Origin: a virus
Virus record (IMG/VR): IMGVR_UViG_3300031853_000122
DNA: 37,433 bases
Strand: one strand, 5' to 3'
The position numbers and the translations under genes were made by a program. Every line of letters begins with the position of its first letter. Within the stretch, counting starts at the first letter, position 1. Below the pieces are notes generated by a model. It was not told the DNA's origin and did not search any database. It saw only the letters and a program-made list of their open reading frames with translations. Below, piece by piece: positions 15,469 through 24,858 of this stretch.

Positions 15469-15862
15469 CAGTAACAGAGGTACAATTCAGAACCGTGAAA
15501 GAGCAAGACAAATCATTGACTTTCACGGTTTGAGAATTAGAAATATAACTCCGACAGATATTGACGGATTTATTGAGTATCAAGATAAAGCAATGATATT
15601 TCTTGAATTTAAGTATCTTGATGCTGATTTACCATATGGACAGCGCATTGCATTGCAGAGACTTGTTAATAACATAGACAAGGCAGGCAAAGAAGCTGTT
15701 TTGTTTGTATGCGAGCATAACACAACGGATTGTGATAAAGATATTATTGCAGAAAATGCAATAGTGCGAAAAATGTATTATAAAGAACGCTGGTATATGC
15801 CGAGAGGGAAATCAACAGTTAAAGAGAAGATTAACTCTTTTATATCTTTTATTGCTAAGTGA
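15455..15862 (+). CDS. PD-(D/E)xK / VRR-NUC-like nuclease candidate
   Basis: TDIDGFIEY...AMIFLEFKYLDADLPYGQRIALQRL resembles the D...ExK...Q pattern of VRR-NUC. Confidence 0.4.
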   Translation: MLYTDSNRGTIQNRERARQIIDFHGLRIRNITPTDIDGFIEYQDKAMIFLEFKYLDADLPYGQRIALQRLVNNIDKAGKEAVLFVCEHNTTDCDKDIIAENAIVRKMYYKERWYMPRGKSTVKEKINSFISFIAK

Positions 15863-15876
15863 AAGTAGGTGAGTAT

Positions 15877-16290
15877 ATGGCAGGCAGAGGACAGCCAAAG
15901 AAATTCAAAGACGGTCAACAACTTATTGACTTATGGAAACAGTTCTGCGATCAGATAAGAGAGAACGGATATATTGAAGCTCCGACACAGACAGCCTTTG
16001 AACGCTGGCTGAAAAAAGAGTATCAGCCTGTTGATGTAAGAACTATATACAACGCCTTGAATGAATACTTTCCGAATATAAAAAAAGATTTTGAACGAAT
16101 TAGAGCTGACGTTATATCTGAGGGCACTATGTTAGGTAAATACCAACCTACAATGAGCATATTCGCATTAAAGAACTGGTGTTCATGGTCTGACCGCCCG
16201 AATGAAACAACGGTTATTATAGACGATACCACACGAAATGAGGTGGTAACTCTTGTTGACAATATCAGGAAACAGAATAACAAGGGCTGA
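15877..16290 (+). CDS. terS: Terminase small subunit
   Basis: MAGRGQPKKFKDGQQLIDLWKQFCD is a typical TerS N-terminus. The gene sits directly upstream of TerL. Confidence 0.6.
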   Translation: MAGRGQPKKFKDGQQLIDLWKQFCDQIRENGYIEAPTQTAFERWLKKEYQPVDVRTIYNALNEYFPNIKKDFERIRADVISEGTMLGKYQPTMSIFALKNWCSWSDRPNETTVIIDDTTRNEVVTLVDNIRKQNNKG

Positions 16291-17551
16291 TGCAATATCG
16301 GCTCTTGCTGAATATCCGTATATTTACGGCCACGCTCTTGGCTTTACGCTTCTGACTGAGCTGCATAATGAATGGATAAAGCAAATGGTATTCGGTGAGG
16401 AAGATGAAACCTTGCAGGCTCACCGTGGAAGTTATAAGACTACTTGTGTTTCAATTGCATTGGCTTGTATCTGCATATTATATCCGAATGATAAGACTAT
16501 GTTTATGCGAAAGTCTGACGATGATGTAAAAGAGATCATTGAGCAGACAAAGAAAATACTTGAAAATCCGATAACAAAGCTCCTTGTCCGTTCTATATAC
16601 GGCGTGGAACTGAGACTTATCAAAGCTTCGGCAACGGAGATAACCACAAACTTGACAAACGACCCGAGAGGAACGGCGCAGCTTGTAGGTAAAGGCTCAA
16701 AAGGCTCTCTGACAGGTAAACACTTTGACAGGATATTCACTGACGATATTGTAAACGTACAGGATAGAACGAGCCGTGCTGAGAGAGATCGCACAAAGGT
16801 TATTTATCAAGAATTGCAGAACATCAAGAACAGAGGCGGCAGAATATTCAACACTGGTACTCCGTGGCATAAAGATGACTGCTTTTCTCTTATGCCAAAC
16901 CCTGTGAAGTATGACTGTTATTCAACAGGGCTTATATCTGAACAGAAGCTTGCTGACCTTAAAGACAGTATGCTTCTTTCACTATTTGCGGCAAACTATG
17001 AGCTTAAACACATAGCGGCAGAAGATGTTATATTTGCAAATCCTCAGACAGGCGCAGATCCTGCACTTTGTGAACAGTCCGACTATTGTCACATAGATGC
17101 TGCATACGGCGGCGAGGACTACACAGCGTTCACGATATGCCGCAAGCATGAGGGCAAGTATTACATATTCGGTAAGCTATGGCATAGGCATATAGACGAT
17201 GTAGAAGCTCAGATAATCGAATACCGGAAGAGCTTCAACGCAGGCAAGATATACTGCGAGACAAACGGCGATAAAGGCTATTTAGCAAAGGAACTTCGCA
17301 AACTCGGTGAACGTGTTGTGCCTTATGCTGAGAAAATGAATAAATTTTTGAAAATAACATCATATCTGAAAAACGAATGGAAAAACATCATCTTTGTTGC
17401 TGGTACAGATGCGGCATACATAGAGCAGATATGTGATTTTAACGAAAATGCAGAGCATGACGATGCTCCCGATAGTCTGGCAAGCATTATTCGTGTATTA
17501 TGGAGCAAAAACGGCAGCGACAAGCCTATTTATAAGCCAATATGGAATTAA
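16253..17551 (+). CDS. terL: Terminase large subunit
   Basis: TTG start 7 nt after AGGTGG. AHRGSYKTT is Walker-A-like, followed by IFTDD and GTPWH, with a C-terminal nuclease region HIDAAYGGEDYTAFTI. Position relative to the portal fits. Confidence 0.75.
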   Translation: MLTISGNRITRADAISALAEYPYIYGHALGFTLLTELHNEWIKQMVFGEEDETLQAHRGSYKTTCVSIALACICILYPNDKTMFMRKSDDDVKEIIEQTKKILENPITKLLVRSIYGVELRLIKASATEITTNLTNDPRGTAQLVGKGSKGSLTGKHFDRIFTDDIVNVQDRTSRAERDRTKVIYQELQNIKNRGGRIFNTGTPWHKDDCFSLMPNPVKYDCYSTGLISEQKLADLKDSMLLSLFAANYELKHIAAEDVIFANPQTGADPALCEQSDYCHIDAAYGGEDYTAFTICRKHEGKYYIFGKLWHRHIDDVEAQIIEYRKSFNAGKIYCETNGDKGYLAKELRKLGERVVPYAEKMNKFLKITSYLKNEWKNIIFVAGTDAAYIEQICDFNENAEHDDAPDSLASIIRVLWSKNGSDKPIYKPIWN

Positions 17552-17564
17552 GGAGCGTGATAAC

Positions 17565-18920
17565 GTGTTTACAATACAGGATTTAGAGAAAGAAAAAACC
17601 ACAGAAGCAAACCTGTTGCAGTATCTTACTGGTAAAATAGCCAGTTTTAAACAGAGCAGAGAATACAGGCTTGCTATGGACTACACAACGTATTATGACG
17701 GTGAGAACATCGACATAAACCGCTATGAAAAGGTTATCTATGACACTATGGGTAAGGCTCATGTTGATATGTGGACGGCAAATCACAAACTGGCTTCACA
17801 TTTCTTCACGAGAGTTGTAGATCAGGACGTTTCATATCTGCTCGGCAATGGTATCAACTTCAAGAACGAAAGCACAAAGGACAAGCTGGGCGGTGCTGAG
17901 TTTGATTTTCGTGTGCAGGACGTTGTAAGAGAAGCCGAGATAACAGGCAAGGCTTACGGCTTCTGGAATGACGGCGAATTGCAGATGTATAAGTTCACTG
18001 AGTTTGTGCCGTTCTATGACGAGATTACAGGCGTTCTCAGTGCAGGCATATACTTCTATCAGCTCAGTGCTGAAACTCCCCTTGTAGGCTATTTCTTCGA
18101 GCGTGACGGCTATTCACGTTTCATCGTACCGAAGAATAGTGATGCTTACTTTGACAAGAAGAAGCGAGGATATATGCGAGTGGCAGAGACTTCACCTGCT
18201 TTTGGTATCGAGAATGTCAAGTATGACAATTACTCAGTTCTGCCGATAGTTGAGTTTTATTGGAACGGTAACGGCAAGTCAGAAATGACAGGCAAGAGAA
18301 ACACTATAAACGCTCTTGATCTCTCCGAAAGCCAAATGGTGAATAACGTTGACGAGGGCAATCTCATTTACTGGGTACTCACCAATTATGGCGGCATGGA
18401 CGATATCGACCTTGTTAAATTCAAGGAGCATATGAAAACTATCGGCGTTGCTGAGGTAAACGGTGAGAACGCTTCGGCTACGGCTCACACCATAGAAGCT
18501 CCCTTTGAGGGCAATCAAGTCACTGTTGATATGCTGTATAAGAAGCTATACACTGACTTCTGCGGTTTTGATAGCACTGCGGTATCAGCATCGAACCAGA
18601 CAGCAACAGCAATACAGGCAACATATGTCCCTCTTGACCTTAAAGCTGATAAGATTGAGCGCTATGTTACAAAGTTCATTCTCCAGATTATGAAGCTTGC
18701 AGATATAACAGATGATGAACCAACATATACCAGAAACAAGCTCATAAATCAGCTTGAAGAAATACAGAAGCTTGCAACGGCAGCTCCTTGGACGGGTGAC
18801 GAATACACAACAAGAAAGATACTCACAGTTCTCGGTGATATTGACGTATTCGAGGAGATACAAAAGGCAAAAATGGCTGACGATTTTCAGCGGATAGACA
18901 CTGAACAGCCAGAGGAGTGA
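17565..18920 (+). CDS. Portal protein (SPP1 gp6-like)
   Basis: GTG at 17565 follows AAGGAG. About 451 aa, between TerL and the MuF-like gene. The longer track start at 17433 overlaps TerL. Confidence 0.7.
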   Translation: MFTIQDLEKEKTTEANLLQYLTGKIASFKQSREYRLAMDYTTYYDGENIDINRYEKVIYDTMGKAHVDMWTANHKLASHFFTRVVDQDVSYLLGNGINFKNESTKDKLGGAEFDFRVQDVVREAEITGKAYGFWNDGELQMYKFTEFVPFYDEITGVLSAGIYFYQLSAETPLVGYFFERDGYSRFIVPKNSDAYFDKKKRGYMRVAETSPAFGIENVKYDNYSVLPIVEFYWNGNGKSEMTGKRNTINALDLSESQMVNNVDEGNLIYWVLTNYGGMDDIDLVKFKEHMKTIGVAEVNGENASATAHTIEAPFEGNQVTVDMLYKKLYTDFCGFDSTAVSASNQTATAIQATYVPLDLKADKIERYVTKFILQIMKLADITDDEPTYTRNKLINQLEEIQKLATAAPWTGDEYTTRKILTVLGDIDVFEEIQKAKMADDFQRIDTEQPEE

Positions 18921-18925
18921 TATAA

Positions 18926-20587
18926 ATGCCCGATAAAGGACACATGGAGACAGAAGCCCTTTTGAGGGCATTAGAAAAGCGTATAGCGGCTGAATACAGA
19001 AAAGCCAATAGGGAGATAACCCGAAAAGTCAACGCTTATATGAGTGAATTTAAGCGCAAGGACAAAGAATGGCGTGAAAAGCTTGAAAACGGTGATATTA
19101 CTGAGGCTGAGTATAAGGCATGGGCGACAGGACAGGTAATGATTGGCAAGCGGTGGGAAGAAATGAGGCACACGCTTGCACAGGACTATGCAAACACCAA
19201 TGACCTTGCAAAGCAAATGGCTTTCGACAGTATGCCCGATGTATACGCTCTTAATCATAACTATGCAACATTTGAGGTGGAAAAAGGCGGCAAGGTAGAC
19301 ACTTCATATACGCTGTATGACCGCCCGACAGTTGAGCGGCTTATCCGTGATGATCCGAAGCTGTTACCAGATCCACGCCCCGGCTCTCCTTTGGCTCAGA
19401 AGCTTGCAAAGCATAAAGAGCTGCGCTGGGAAGAACAGCACGTTCAATCTGTTGTATTACAGAGCGTATTACAGGGCGAAAGCCTTGAACAGACTGCAAA
19501 GCGGTTTACTCAGCTCACCGAAATGAACTATCGTCAATCGGTAAGATATGCCAGAACAGCCACAACAGGCGCACAGAACGCAGGCAGAGTTGACGGCTAT
19601 AAAAGGGCTGAGAAACTCGGCATTAATATGAAGCAGGTATGGCTTGCAACGCTTGACAACAGAACCAGACACGAACACAGAGTGCTTGACGGACAGGAAG
19701 TTGATGTGGGCGAGCCTTTCATCATGGACGGCTTTAAAATCAAATATCCGGGTGACCCTGCCGCCCCTGCTCACCTGCTATACAATTGCCGATGTACTGT
19801 TATAGCAAAAGTCAAAGGCGTTGACTTCGATGTTTCGGACAAAACTCAGCGTGATGATAAAATAGGCGATATGTCCTATGAGGAGTGGAAGAACGACAAA
19901 GCGAAGCCTGAGAAGGAGCAGGAGAAGCCTAAGGAACAGCCGAAACCGAAAGAAACAACGCAAAATAAACCTGCTGAAATTGATATGCCTGCTCCTCATG
20001 ATGAAACCGCATATCAGGATGAGCCGATAAAGCCGAAACAGACGATATTTGAGGAAATGGAGCAGAACCGCAAAGAAATAGACAAGGCACTACATGATGT
20101 TGAAGAAATACGGCGCTCACTCGACCATGAAGTCGGAACAATCATTGACAGGCAGGGCAATATTATCAATGTTACAGACGGACAGGAGCACAGCGTTTCT
20201 CCGCCTGAAGAGTTATTGAAAGATAACATCTTCACACATAATCATCCGAGTGGTGGTATATTCTCCGCAGGAGATATCGAAGCCATGATTGCTGATGAGT
20301 TGCTTGAACTTCGTGCATCAACTCCGCAAGGCACATATTATTCACTGGTAAGAATCGGGGCTGTACCTGAAAACATGGAGTTTATGCAGGAATACAAAAA
20401 GGCTTGTAGCTTTGTGAAAGCAAGCGAAGCGGTAGCGGCAGACTTGCGCTCCGGCAAACTTACAAGAGATGAAGAAGTAAAAAAGGGCTTTGCTATCTAT
20501 GTTGAGTATATGGCAAAACTCGGCGATGATTTCTTGAAAGAGAATGCAAAGAAGTACGGCTATATCTACTCAAAGGGCGTGATTTAA
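18926..20587 (+). CDS. MuF/SPP1 gp7-like minor head protein with linker and C-terminal JAB/MPN-like domain
   Basis: MuF core: TRHEHRVLDGQEVDVGEPF...YNCRCTV. Pro/Lys/Glu linker: KPEKEQEKPKEQPKPKE. C-domain: HEVGTIID...THNHPSGGIFSAGDIEAMI (HNHPSG at 20237-20254). Confidence 0.75.
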   Translation: MPDKGHMETEALLRALEKRIAAEYRKANREITRKVNAYMSEFKRKDKEWREKLENGDITEAEYKAWATGQVMIGKRWEEMRHTLAQDYANTNDLAKQMAFDSMPDVYALNHNYATFEVEKGGKVDTSYTLYDRPTVERLIRDDPKLLPDPRPGSPLAQKLAKHKELRWEEQHVQSVVLQSVLQGESLEQTAKRFTQLTEMNYRQSVRYARTATTGAQNAGRVDGYKRAEKLGINMKQVWLATLDNRTRHEHRVLDGQEVDVGEPFIMDGFKIKYPGDPAAPAHLLYNCRCTVIAKVKGVDFDVSDKTQRDDKIGDMSYEEWKNDKAKPEKEQEKPKEQPKPKETTQNKPAEIDMPAPHDETAYQDEPIKPKQTIFEEMEQNRKEIDKALHDVEEIRRSLDHEVGTIIDRQGNIINVTDGQEHSVSPPEELLKDNIFTHNHPSGGIFSAGDIEAMIADELLELRASTPQGTYYSLVRIGAVPENMEFMQEYKKACSFVKASEAVAADLRSGKLTRDEEVKKGFAIYVEYMAKLGDDFLKENAKKYGYIYSKGVI

Positions 20588-20703
20588 TGACTTATGGCAC
20601 AACAGAAAAAGAACTGAAAGCGATAATCAAAGAAATTGAAAAACAGTTAGGGCGAAAGCTAACACGCAAGGAAATACAGCAATTGAAAGCTGTATCAGAG
20701 TAA
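20587..20703 (+). CDS. 38-aa ORF coupled to the MuF-fusion gene
   Basis: TAATG overlap. Translation is MTYGTTEKELKAIIKEIEKQLGRKLTRKEIQQLKAVSE. Below the track cut-off. Confidence 0.35.
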   Translation: MTYGTTEKELKAIIKEIEKQLGRKLTRKEIQQLKAVSE

Positions 20704-20715
20704 GGCGGTGATTAA

Positions 20716-21159
20716 ATGCCCGATATCAACATAACATTCGAGGACAACAGCGGCGAAGTCCTCAGAGAGCTTGAACGGATAACAGCCAAAACGCTTGAAG
20801 AATTAGGGCTGACAGCAGAAGCCTATGCAAAGCTTAATGCTCCTGTTGGTACTCCTGAGAGTACAGGCGTTGAGGGATACGGTCCGGGCGGTACGCTCAG
20901 AAACAGCATAGCACACGCAAGCCGTGACGGTGTGGCTTATGTCGGCACTAATACTTATTATGCTCCGTATGTGGAGCTTGGTACTGGTATTCACGCCGAT
21001 GAGGGCAAAGGACGTAAAACTCCTTGGGTATGGATAGACAAGAACGGCAAACCGCATAAGACTTACGGTATGAAGCCGAGACACTTCTTGAAAAAGGCTG
21101 TTCAGGATCATCAGAAAGAATACAAGGCAATAATTGAAAAAAACCTGAAAAATGGTTAA
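20716..21159 (+). CDS. HK97 gp10-like virion protein
   Basis: GTLRNSIAHASRDGVAYVGTNTYYAPYVELGTG matches the gp10 family pattern. Confidence 0.6.
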   Translation: MPDINITFEDNSGEVLRELERITAKTLEELGLTAEAYAKLNAPVGTPESTGVEGYGPGGTLRNSIAHASRDGVAYVGTNTYYAPYVELGTGIHADEGKGRKTPWVWIDKNGKPHKTYGMKPRHFLKKAVQDHQKEYKAIIEKNLKNG

Positions 21160-21165
21160 AAGTTG

Positions 21166-21198
21166 ATACCACGGGGAAAAACACCCGTGGTATTTTTA
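21166..21198 (+). terminator. Rho-independent terminator
   Basis: ATACCACGGG (21166-21175) pairs with CCCGTGGTAT (21184-21193), followed by TTTTT. Confidence 0.75.
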
Positions 21199-21251
21199 TA
21201 TTAAGAATAACTTAGGGTAGCACCCGAAACAGCGAAAAGGAGTTATCAAGT

Positions 21252-21869
21252 ATGGCAGATTTTGAAAAAATTATCGGTGAGTATGCCGATACAGACGGCA
21301 ATATTCCCAAGGCAGCTATTGGCACAGTGGTTACAGCTATCAAGCAGGCTGTTGGCAATGAGTTCGTTGACAAATCCCGTTATAAGGCAAAGCTTAACGA
21401 GATAGACGAGCTTAAAACAGCAAAGCAGACCGCCGAGGACACTGCAACAACCGCAGGCAAGTGGGAAACAAAGTACAAAGAGCTGAAAAAGGACTTTGAC
21501 GATTACAAAACCGCTCAGAACGTCAAGGAGACCAGAGCCACAAAGACAGAGGCATTCAAGAAGCTTCTGACTGAGTGCGGCATTCCTGAGAAGCGACAGG
21601 CGGCTATCATCAAAGTATCTGAAAGTGAGATAGATGCTATCAAGCTTGGCTCTGACGGCGCTATTGAGGGCGCTGACAAGCTCACTGAGAGCGTTAAAGC
21701 TGACTGGAGTGACTTCATCACGACCACAGTTAAGCAGGGCGCAGACGTGCAGAAACCTGCCGTTTCGGGAGCGATAGGCAGCAGTATGACGGTGGACGAT
21801 ATCATGAAGATATCAGATCCGACAGCACGTCAGATGGCTATTGCTCAGAATTCAGACTTATTTACTTGA
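21252..21869 (+). CDS. Scaffolding protein (GP20-like)
   Basis: Helical and charged, with KSRYKAKLNEIDELKTAKQTAED. It sits directly upstream of the capsid gene. Confidence 0.6.
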   Translation: MADFEKIIGEYADTDGNIPKAAIGTVVTAIKQAVGNEFVDKSRYKAKLNEIDELKTAKQTAEDTATTAGKWETKYKELKKDFDDYKTAQNVKETRATKTEAFKKLLTECGIPEKRQAAIIKVSESEIDAIKLGSDGAIEGADKLTESVKADWSDFITTTVKQGADVQKPAVSGAIGSSMTVDDIMKISDPTARQMAIAQNSDLFT

Positions 21870-21882
21870 AAGGAGTAATACC

Positions 21883-22779
21883 ATGGCAGTTACAAACGTA
21901 ACCAATGCAGCTGAGACCAATGTTATCACAACATCTGATATGGTCCGTGCAAGAGAAATTGACCTTGTATATCAGTTCACACATGGTTCACTTAACAAGC
22001 TTATTCAGGCTCTTGGAGTAACAAGAAAGATCTCACAGCCTGCTGGCACAACTCTCTATGTATACCAGACAACAGGCACACTGGAGAGCGGCGTTGTACC
22101 TGAGGGCGAGATCATTCCTCTCTCACACTATGCAAGAACAAAGACACCCGTTGGAGAGATCACTCTTAAGAAGTGGAGAAAGGCAACAACTGCTGAGGCT
22201 ATCCAGAAGTCAGGCAGAGCAGAGGCAATTGTCGAGACTGACAAGGCTCTCATTTCTGATATTCAGAAGGGCATTCGTTCAGATTTCTTCACAAATCTGG
22301 CTACATTTGCCACAGCAGGCACAGCAGCAACAGGTACAGACTTACAGGACACACTTGCACAGTGTTGGGGCAAGCTTCAGGTACTGTTCGAGGACGATAC
22401 AGCACAGTCTGTATACTTCGTAAATCCTGAGGATATCGCAACATATCTCGGAGCAGCTCAGATCACAACACAGACAGCATTTGGTCTCAACTACATCGAG
22501 AACTTCCTCGGTCTTGGTACTGTTATCATCACATCGAGAGTAACAAAGGGTACTGTTATCGCAACAGCAAAGGACAACCTTATTTTCTACTACATCAGCA
22601 TGAACGGCGGCGATCTTCCGACTGAGTTCAGTCTTACATCAGATCAGCTCGGTTATATCGGCGTTCATAGCTTCATCACCAACGAGAGAGCACAGTCCGA
22701 AATGCTTGCAATGAGCGGCGGTCAGTTCCTTGTTGAGTACGGCAATGGCGTTGTACTTGGCACTATTACAGGTGCATAA
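21883..22779 (+). CDS. Major capsid protein
   Basis: ATG at 21883 follows AAAGGAG. About 298 aa, positioned after the scaffold. Codon usage looks highly expressed. Confidence 0.7.
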   Translation: MAVTNVTNAAETNVITTSDMVRAREIDLVYQFTHGSLNKLIQALGVTRKISQPAGTTLYVYQTTGTLESGVVPEGEIIPLSHYARTKTPVGEITLKKWRKATTAEAIQKSGRAEAIVETDKALISDIQKGIRSDFFTNLATFATAGTAATGTDLQDTLAQCWGKLQVLFEDDTAQSVYFVNPEDIATYLGAAQITTQTAFGLNYIENFLGLGTVIITSRVTKGTVIATAKDNLIFYYISMNGGDLPTEFSLTSDQLGYIGVHSFITNERAQSEMLAMSGGQFLVEYGNGVVLGTITGA

Positions 22780-23033
22780 TGTACAAGGTTATAGAGTACT
22801 TCACGGACTTACAGGATAACGGATATGCCTATAATACGGGGGATATATTCCCCCGTGAAGGCTTAGAAGTATCTGAGGAGCGTTTTGCAGAGCTGGCAAG
22901 CTCTAAGAATAAACGCCGTAAGCCCCTGATTGAAGCTATCCCCGAGGAGACTGCCGAAGCAGAACCCGAGGAGACACCACGCAAAAAGAAGGGACGTGGT
23001 AAGAATGCTGACAGCGATATGTCAGAGGATTAA
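22779..23033 (+). CDS. Hypothetical small protein after the capsid gene
   Basis: TAATG coupling. The C-terminus has a basic/acidic tail. Confidence 0.5.
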   Translation: MYKVIEYFTDLQDNGYAYNTGDIFPREGLEVSEERFAELASSKNKRRKPLIEAIPEETAEAEPEETPRKKKGRGKNADSDMSED

Positions 23034-23451
23034 GAACTGGTTCGACCTCAAAGCAGACCATACACCTTACGGGCATTACAGCGGCACTATAACGATAGCT
23101 GACAACAGTATATCGGTAAACGGTGAGCCGCTTGATATACCAACAGACCATTTCAGACTAATAGACAGCTTTAAGAATAACGGCGTTCACAAGGTAGGCG
23201 ATACACTGACGGACGAAACCTTTGACGGTGCACTATGGCTTATGGTTATCCCTGCCGAAGTCATAGCGCTTGCGGCTGATATGTCACAGTGGGTTACAGA
23301 CTACGGAAACGCTTCAAAAGCCCCTTTTTCAAGCGAGAGCCACAAGGGGTATAGTTATACTAAAGCAGTTTCAAACGGCGGTTCTGGTGCAAATATGAGC
23401 GTGTGGGACGCATTTGAAAACGAGTTATCAGCATGGAGGAAAATAATATAA
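23005..23451 (+). CDS. Head-tail connector/adaptor candidate
   Basis: ATG at 23005. Translation begins MLTAICQRIKNWFDL and includes FRLIDSFKNNGVHKV. Called on position. Confidence 0.45.
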   Translation: MLTAICQRIKNWFDLKADHTPYGHYSGTITIADNSISVNGEPLDIPTDHFRLIDSFKNNGVHKVGDTLTDETFDGALWLMVIPAEVIALAADMSQWVTDYGNASKAPFSSESHKGYSYTKAVSNGGSGANMSVWDAFENELSAWRKII

Positions 23452-23819
23452 TGGCATTCGGACTTTTCAAAGAGGCATTACAAGAATGCGTGATGATGAA
23501 CCGTGCCGTTATAGATAATCCATACGGCGGCACGACAGAAACATACACCGAGGGCGCACACTTTCAAGCATCTGTGTATCTCAGTAATTCACTGGAGATG
23601 CAGAGAGCGGAGCAGGACGGTGTGAAAGGCTTATATCAGATAACAACTGATAAAACGATCAGACTACGTTATCATGATGTATTTAAACGCCTTGCAGACC
23701 CGGTAAACGGCGATGATGAAGTTATACTCCGTATAACAAGCAAGGACGATAACTCAACCCCGAATTCGTCACTGCTTAATCAGAGAGTTGTCAACGCCGA
23801 AGAATTTATAATGCCATGA
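23451..23819 (+). CDS. Head closure / head-tail joining candidate
   Basis: ATG at 23451 (TAATGG). Called on size and position. Confidence 0.4.
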   Translation: MAFGLFKEALQECVMMNRAVIDNPYGGTTETYTEGAHFQASVYLSNSLEMQRAEQDGVKGLYQITTDKTIRLRYHDVFKRLADPVNGDDEVILRITSKDDNSTPNSSLLNQRVVNAEEFIMP

Positions 23820-24190
23820 ATAAGTGGTTAGCACTTAATCAGTGGTTTAATTCATTCGGGGTTAAAGCATATCAAGAGCAGACAGTCAGTGAAACGGCTG
23901 TTTTGCCATATATAGCTTATGAGTTAGCATTCGGAGATATAGACAACTCACCATTAGCATTGACGTTCTCTTATTTTGAACGTTCAACTAACTGGCAGGG
24001 CTGTTATAATATGTCCGAAACGATCTCCACAGATATCGGGCGCTGGGGTAAACGCTTAGAGGTAGACGGTGGATATATTATTATTCAGCGTGGCTCAGTG
24101 TTCTCTCAGCCGCTTGATGATATGGACGGAGACAAAGATATCAGAAGAATGGTGTTCAATATAGACGTATTCTTCTTCACATCAAATTGA
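23816..24190 (+). CDS. Tail completion/terminator candidate
   Basis: ATGA coupling. Positioned before the major tail gene. Confidence 0.4.
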   Translation: MNKWLALNQWFNSFGVKAYQEQTVSETAVLPYIAYELAFGDIDNSPLALTFSYFERSTNWQGCYNMSETISTDIGRWGKRLEVDGGYIIIQRGSVFSQPLDDMDGDKDIRRMVFNIDVFFFTSN

Positions 24191-24204
24191 AAGGAGCGTA
24201 AATA

Positions 24205-24795
24205 ATGGGAATTGACCTTTCAAAACTTGAATATTTAACGCCTGAGCAGATAGGCGATATTCAGTTCGATGCAGGCGTTCTGGTTAAGAACTTTGACCTT
24301 GAGAACTTTGAGAAAAGCCTCCTTGAAGGACAGGTGGGCAAGGTTACCAAGGACAGCTTTTCGATAAACGTAACAAGAGACACCGTGAATATCCTTGATG
24401 ATATCAACGGCGTTCACTTTGATTATTCCGAAGGACTTGTAACAACCAAGATCACTGCAAGCATAGGCTTCACACTTGCTTCAATGAGTGCTGAGGACTT
24501 AACAATGGCACTTGGTTCTGCAACATATGACAGCACAACAAGCAAGATCACAGTTGGCTATGAGATCAAGAACACTGACTTCATCAATGTTGCTCTTGTA
24601 CTTCCAGTGCTTGACGGTTCATTCGTTATTGCAGAACTGCCAAGAGCATACAATACAGGCGGTCTCAGCATTACCACAAGCAAGGCTGCAACAGGTGGTT
24701 TAAACTGTACAATGACAGGATATAAGACACTTGCTGATAAGACGATACAGCCTGTAAACCTGTATAAGATAACACCTGAGACACAGGGTGCATAA
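24205..24795 (+). CDS. Major tail protein
   Basis: 196 aa, immediately upstream of the chaperone pair and tape measure, and followed by a terminator. Confidence 0.55.
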   Translation: MGIDLSKLEYLTPEQIGDIQFDAGVLVKNFDLENFEKSLLEGQVGKVTKDSFSINVTRDTVNILDDINGVHFDYSEGLVTTKITASIGFTLASMSAEDLTMALGSATYDSTTSKITVGYEIKNTDFINVALVLPVLDGSFVIAELPRAYNTGGLSITTSKAATGGLNCTMTGYKTLADKTIQPVNLYKITPETQGA

Positions 24796-24817
24796 ACAAC
24801 AGAATAAAAACCGAATA

Positions 24818-24845
24818 AGCCCCGAGTTTATCGGGGCTTTCTTGT
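24818..24845 (+). terminator. Rho-independent (probably leaky) terminator after the major tail gene
   Basis: AGCCCCGA-GTTTA-TCGGGGCT followed by TTCTTGTT. Confidence 0.65.
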
Positions 24846-24858
24846 TAGGAGGATATCA

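Noticed and set aside
17433-17564. Portal ORF starting at 17433
   Set aside because: That segment overlaps the TerL C-terminus. GTG 17565 has an AAGGAG RBS and begins the conserved portal N-terminus.
22058-22423. 121-aa alternative-frame ORF inside the capsid gene
   Set aside because: It lies wholly within the major capsid ORF in another frame, has Arg/Gln/Leu-rich low-complexity translation and no RBS.
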